Below, piece by piece: positions 29,194 to 32,000 of a stretch of 32,000 nucleotides of DNA. The translations under genes and the position numbers were made by a program. Origin of the DNA: Candidatus Iainarchaeum sp. (GTDB taxonomy: Archaea; Iainarchaeota; Iainarchaeia; Iainarchaeales; CSSED10-239); assembly GCA_037441475.1 (NCBI GenBank), contig JBBISB010000001.1:485365-517364 (forward strand), written 5' to 3'. Under the pieces are notes generated by a model that did no database searches, was not told the origin of the DNA, and saw only the letters and a list, made by a program, of their open reading frames with translations. Each line of letters starts with the position of its first letter. The stretch's first letter is position 1.

Positions 29194-31710
29194 ATGAAAA
29201 ATATAAATACAAACAAAATTGTTGCTGGTGTTGCGGCATTAGGTTTATCAGCTCTTTTAGCTGGTTCTGTTGTTGCTGCTAACGTTGGTGGAAACAATTT
29301 TAGTATGAACATCACTAAAGATACAATGTATAATAATGGTGTTCCTAGTGTTAGTGTTGTAGTAGGATCTATGGCACAACCAGTTGATGTAGTATGGGCT
29401 GGTAACATAGCTGCTGCTATTGGTAAAAAGGCTTACGTATCAACAGGTACTGCTGGTGGAGCTTCTTTACAAGACGTAACTATTGAAGTAGGTTCAAAAG
29501 GAGCTACAACTATTTCTGGTGACGGTTATTTAGCAGATAATTACATAGTTAATGCTGCTGAAACTACAAAAACAATAGATTATACAGATTATTCTGCAAT
29601 GTATAAAAAAGATACTTCTGCTGATTCAGATCACGCAGGTGCAAGTACTTTAACTATTTTTGATGAATTGTCAGTAAATGCAAAAGTTTTCTTTAATACA
29701 AATAAAGATGTAAAAGATTTAGTTGCATCTATAGATAGAGGCGCAATTACTTATACACTTGACTTTGATGAAGGTATTAAAAATAACTACACAGATTCAG
29801 GCGCAAGCCCAAGATTAAGGTTTAATTTAATGGGTGTTAACTATACTGTTGATTCATATGATGGAACTACATTAAAATTAGTTCAAAACTTAGCTACACA
29901 AACATATACTGCAGGTAATTCTTTCACTGTTGATCAATATACTGTTGAATTAGTAAGCTTTTTAGATACTGGTGCAAATACCAACAGATATGAAGTAGAA
30001 ATGAACTTAAAAGACGCTACAGGAAATATAGTAGAAACAAATGTATTCAGAACAGGAGATACAAAAATCTTTGATGAATACTTAACAGCTAATATAGATG
30101 TTGATACAGTATATTCTTCAAGTGTTAAATTAATAATGGGTTCTTCAGGTAAATTAGAATTCAAAAACGGCCAAAAAATAAATGATTTCCCTAATAAAGG
30201 AGATAAATTATGGAAGGCTACTTTCACAACAAGTGGTAGTTACTTAACAAAATTAGCTATGACTACTGATGATACATCTTTAAGATATACAAATGAAGAT
30301 GCATTAAGAGTAGGAGATAAAATTGAATTACCATTAGGTTTCGGTGCAATTGAATTTGCTGGATTAACTTCAGAAAAATCAACAGAATTCTCAATAAAAG
30401 ATAACTATATGTACTTTACAGACGCAGATAGAAAATCTCATGAAGTATTCTTCTATGATATAGATGAAGTAACAACAGCAAGAGATACATACACAACACC
30501 AGAATTAGACGGTAGACCATTATACTTCAAGTTCTATACTTCAAGTAATGCTGGTGATGCAAACTTCACTGTTCAATTAAATGATTCTGATGGAAAGTAT
30601 TTAGTTGATGGTGCTGTTGCTGGACCTGCTGCTAGTTGGGGCACAGCACAAACATTCTACACAACAGGAAACAAAGATATAAATGCTGATACTGTTGGTA
30701 CAACCTATACATTAGAACTTCCATTATACAACAACACAGATAGATTAGTTGAATACACTCTTGTATTACAACCTGGTGCAACAAATGTTTATTCTACAGT
30801 TAAAACAGTTGCTATGGGTTTAAAAGATAATCAAACAACTGATTTATATATTGGAGACACAACATACAGATGGGATATTGCTGATGTAGATGTTGATGGT
30901 ACAGATACTTCTGCATTCACAGACGATTCAAACATGGTTGGTTTAAGAGCACCTTCTGCTGCTGGATTACTTGCTGGTGTATTCAACAACTGGATAGCTA
31001 GAGATGAATTCCAATCTATTGCAAGAGTAAAAGTATATAATGCAACAGACAAATCAATCTATTCTTACATAGATGCATATACTGGTGACATGGTTAACTT
31101 AAATGATAACGATTTCACAGATACATATAAGCAAGTTGAATATTCTGATGATAATACAAATACTTTTGAATTAGATGATAAAAACAACACTACTTCATTA
31201 GAATTTGGTTACACAACATACGGTGCTTACGTATCTATTGAAGATGGAAACCCAATCATGACACTTCCAGAAAAACAATTAAAAGGACAATTATTCATCG
31301 GTGGAGGAACTACATCTTCAACTACTTTTAACGGTGGAGAACTTGTTTTAACAACTCCTGGTTCAGTTGTAACTACAGAAGACGGAAAAGTTTCAGCTAA
31401 ATTAGTTAAAGCTAACGTTTCTGGTTCAGCTTCAGTTGTTGCAATGACACCTGCTAACTGGAATGTTAACAACTCTAGATTAGTATACCTTGATAACGAA
31501 AGTATGTCAGGTGCTGGTGCAAAGATAATCGTTGGTGGACACTTAGTTAATACTTTAGCTAACGGAATCACAAACGAATACTTAACACAAGCTGGTCAAT
31601 ATGTTGTTGGTTCAACAGCTACAGGTAATGTTATAGTTGCTGGTTTCACAGCTGCTGACACTGCTGACGCTGCTAGAGCTTTAATAACAGCTATCGAAGC
31701 TTTAGAGTAA
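29194..31710 (+). CDS. S-layer protein
   Basis: MKNINTNKIVAGVAALGLSALLAGSVVAANVGGNNFSMNITKDTMYNNGVPSVSVVVGSMAQPVDVVWAGNIAAAIG, and C-terminal GGHLVNTLANGITNEYLTQAGQYVVGSTATGNVIVAGFTAADTADAARALITAIE; AAAGGTGA upstream. Confidence 0.9.
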   Translation: MKNINTNKIVAGVAALGLSALLAGSVVAANVGGNNFSMNITKDTMYNNGVPSVSVVVGSMAQPVDVVWAGNIAAAIGKKAYVSTGTAGGASLQDVTIEVGSKGATTISGDGYLADNYIVNAAETTKTIDYTDYSAMYKKDTSADSDHAGASTLTIFDELSVNAKVFFNTNKDVKDLVASIDRGAITYTLDFDEGIKNNYTDSGASPRLRFNLMGVNYTVDSYDGTTLKLVQNLATQTYTAGNSFTVDQYTVELVSFLDTGANTNRYEVEMNLKDATGNIVETNVFRTGDTKIFDEYLTANIDVDTVYSSSVKLIMGSSGKLEFKNGQKINDFPNKGDKLWKATFTTSGSYLTKLAMTTDDTSLRYTNEDALRVGDKIELPLGFGAIEFAGLTSEKSTEFSIKDNYMYFTDADRKSHEVFFYDIDEVTTARDTYTTPELDGRPLYFKFYTSSNAGDANFTVQLNDSDGKYLVDGAVAGPAASWGTAQTFYTTGNKDINADTVGTTYTLELPLYNNTDRLVEYTLVLQPGATNVYSTVKTVAMGLKDNQTTDLYIGDTTYRWDIADVDVDGTDTSAFTDDSNMVGLRAPSAAGLLAGVFNNWIARDEFQSIARVKVYNATDKSIYSYIDAYTGDMVNLNDNDFTDTYKQVEYSDDNTNTFELDDKNNTTSLEFGYTTYGAYVSIEDGNPIMTLPEKQLKGQLFIGGGTTSSTTFNGGELVLTTPGSVVTTEDGKVSAKLVKANVSGSASVVAMTPANWNVNNSRLVYLDNESMSGAGAKIIVGGHLVNTLANGITNEYLTQAGQYVVGSTATGNVIVAGFTAADTADAARALITAIEALE

Positions 31711-31742
31711 GTACTGCACAATAAAGAATAAAGAGAAAAATT

Positions 31743-31771
31743 AAAAAGGTTTTTTTAAAAAAACCTTTTTT
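31743..31771 (+). terminator. Perfect 28-bp palindrome followed by T-rich tract after the S-layer gene
   Basis: aaaaaggttttttt / aaaaaaaccttttt then ttctttctttttg. Confidence 0.7.
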
Positions 31772-31926
31772 CTTTCTTTTTGTTTTTTCCTTTTTTTTTA
31801 TTTTTAAATTTTTATAATTTTAATTCTATTTTCTTAAGTAAATTTTTATTTTTTTAAATATATTTTTTTATTTTATGTTAATTTATTTTTCTTATTAGTA
31901 TATTTTCTTGTTTAATATTATATTAT

Positions 31927-32000
31927 TTATCTATTAGTTTATTCCTTATCTATTAGTTTATTCCTTATCTATTAGTTTATTCCTTATCTATTAGTTTATT
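31927..32000. repeat. 19-bp tandem repeat (ttatctattagtttattcc), about 3.9 copies, running off the window edge
   Basis: ttatc restarts at 31927, 31946, 31965 and 31984, exact 19-bp period. Confidence 0.95.

Noticed and set aside
29070-31571. Reverse-strand ORFs at 29070, 29934, 30831 and 31227
   Set aside because: Antisense to the S-layer gene or its leader, with no recognisable motifs.
31927-32000. CRISPR array
   Set aside because: Pure head-to-tail 19-bp units with no variable spacers and no cas genes in the window.

Overview
AT-rich window that looks like a DPANN-type archaeon (Pacearchaeota/Woesearchaeota-like; inferred only from gene content). Main content: (1) a type IV pilus locus (about 1-5.7 kb) with two TadC/GspF-like membrane proteins, a GxGD prepilin peptidase and six small class III signal-peptide prepilins, one of which (1514-1693) is absent from the ORF track; (2) an OB-fold protein and a TctA-like permease, both interrupted; (3) SDR, JAMM protease, grpE-dnaK-dnaJ and rtcB; (4) an uncharacterised gene, a PRPP synthetase and a ~1300-codon pilin-anchored adhesin-like gene, all broken by frameshifts; (5) an EndoQ-like PHP protein, a BofA-like protein and a DsbA-like protein with an internal TAA; (6) a Cys-rich class III signal protein, an M6-type metalloprotease, a HicBA pair bracketed by ~35-bp near-identical direct repeats, a long non-coding stretch and an S-layer protein. 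The strongest observations are the reconstructed adhesin, which joins an archaeal pilin-like N-terminus to bacterial-type surface repeats, and the concentration of about twelve inferred frameshifts in a few genes while neighbouring large genes are intact. Consensus error, gene decay and recoding cannot be separated from sequence alone; consensus error is the null hypothesis. No CRISPR array, rRNA or convincing tRNA was seen, and no new defence system can be supported.
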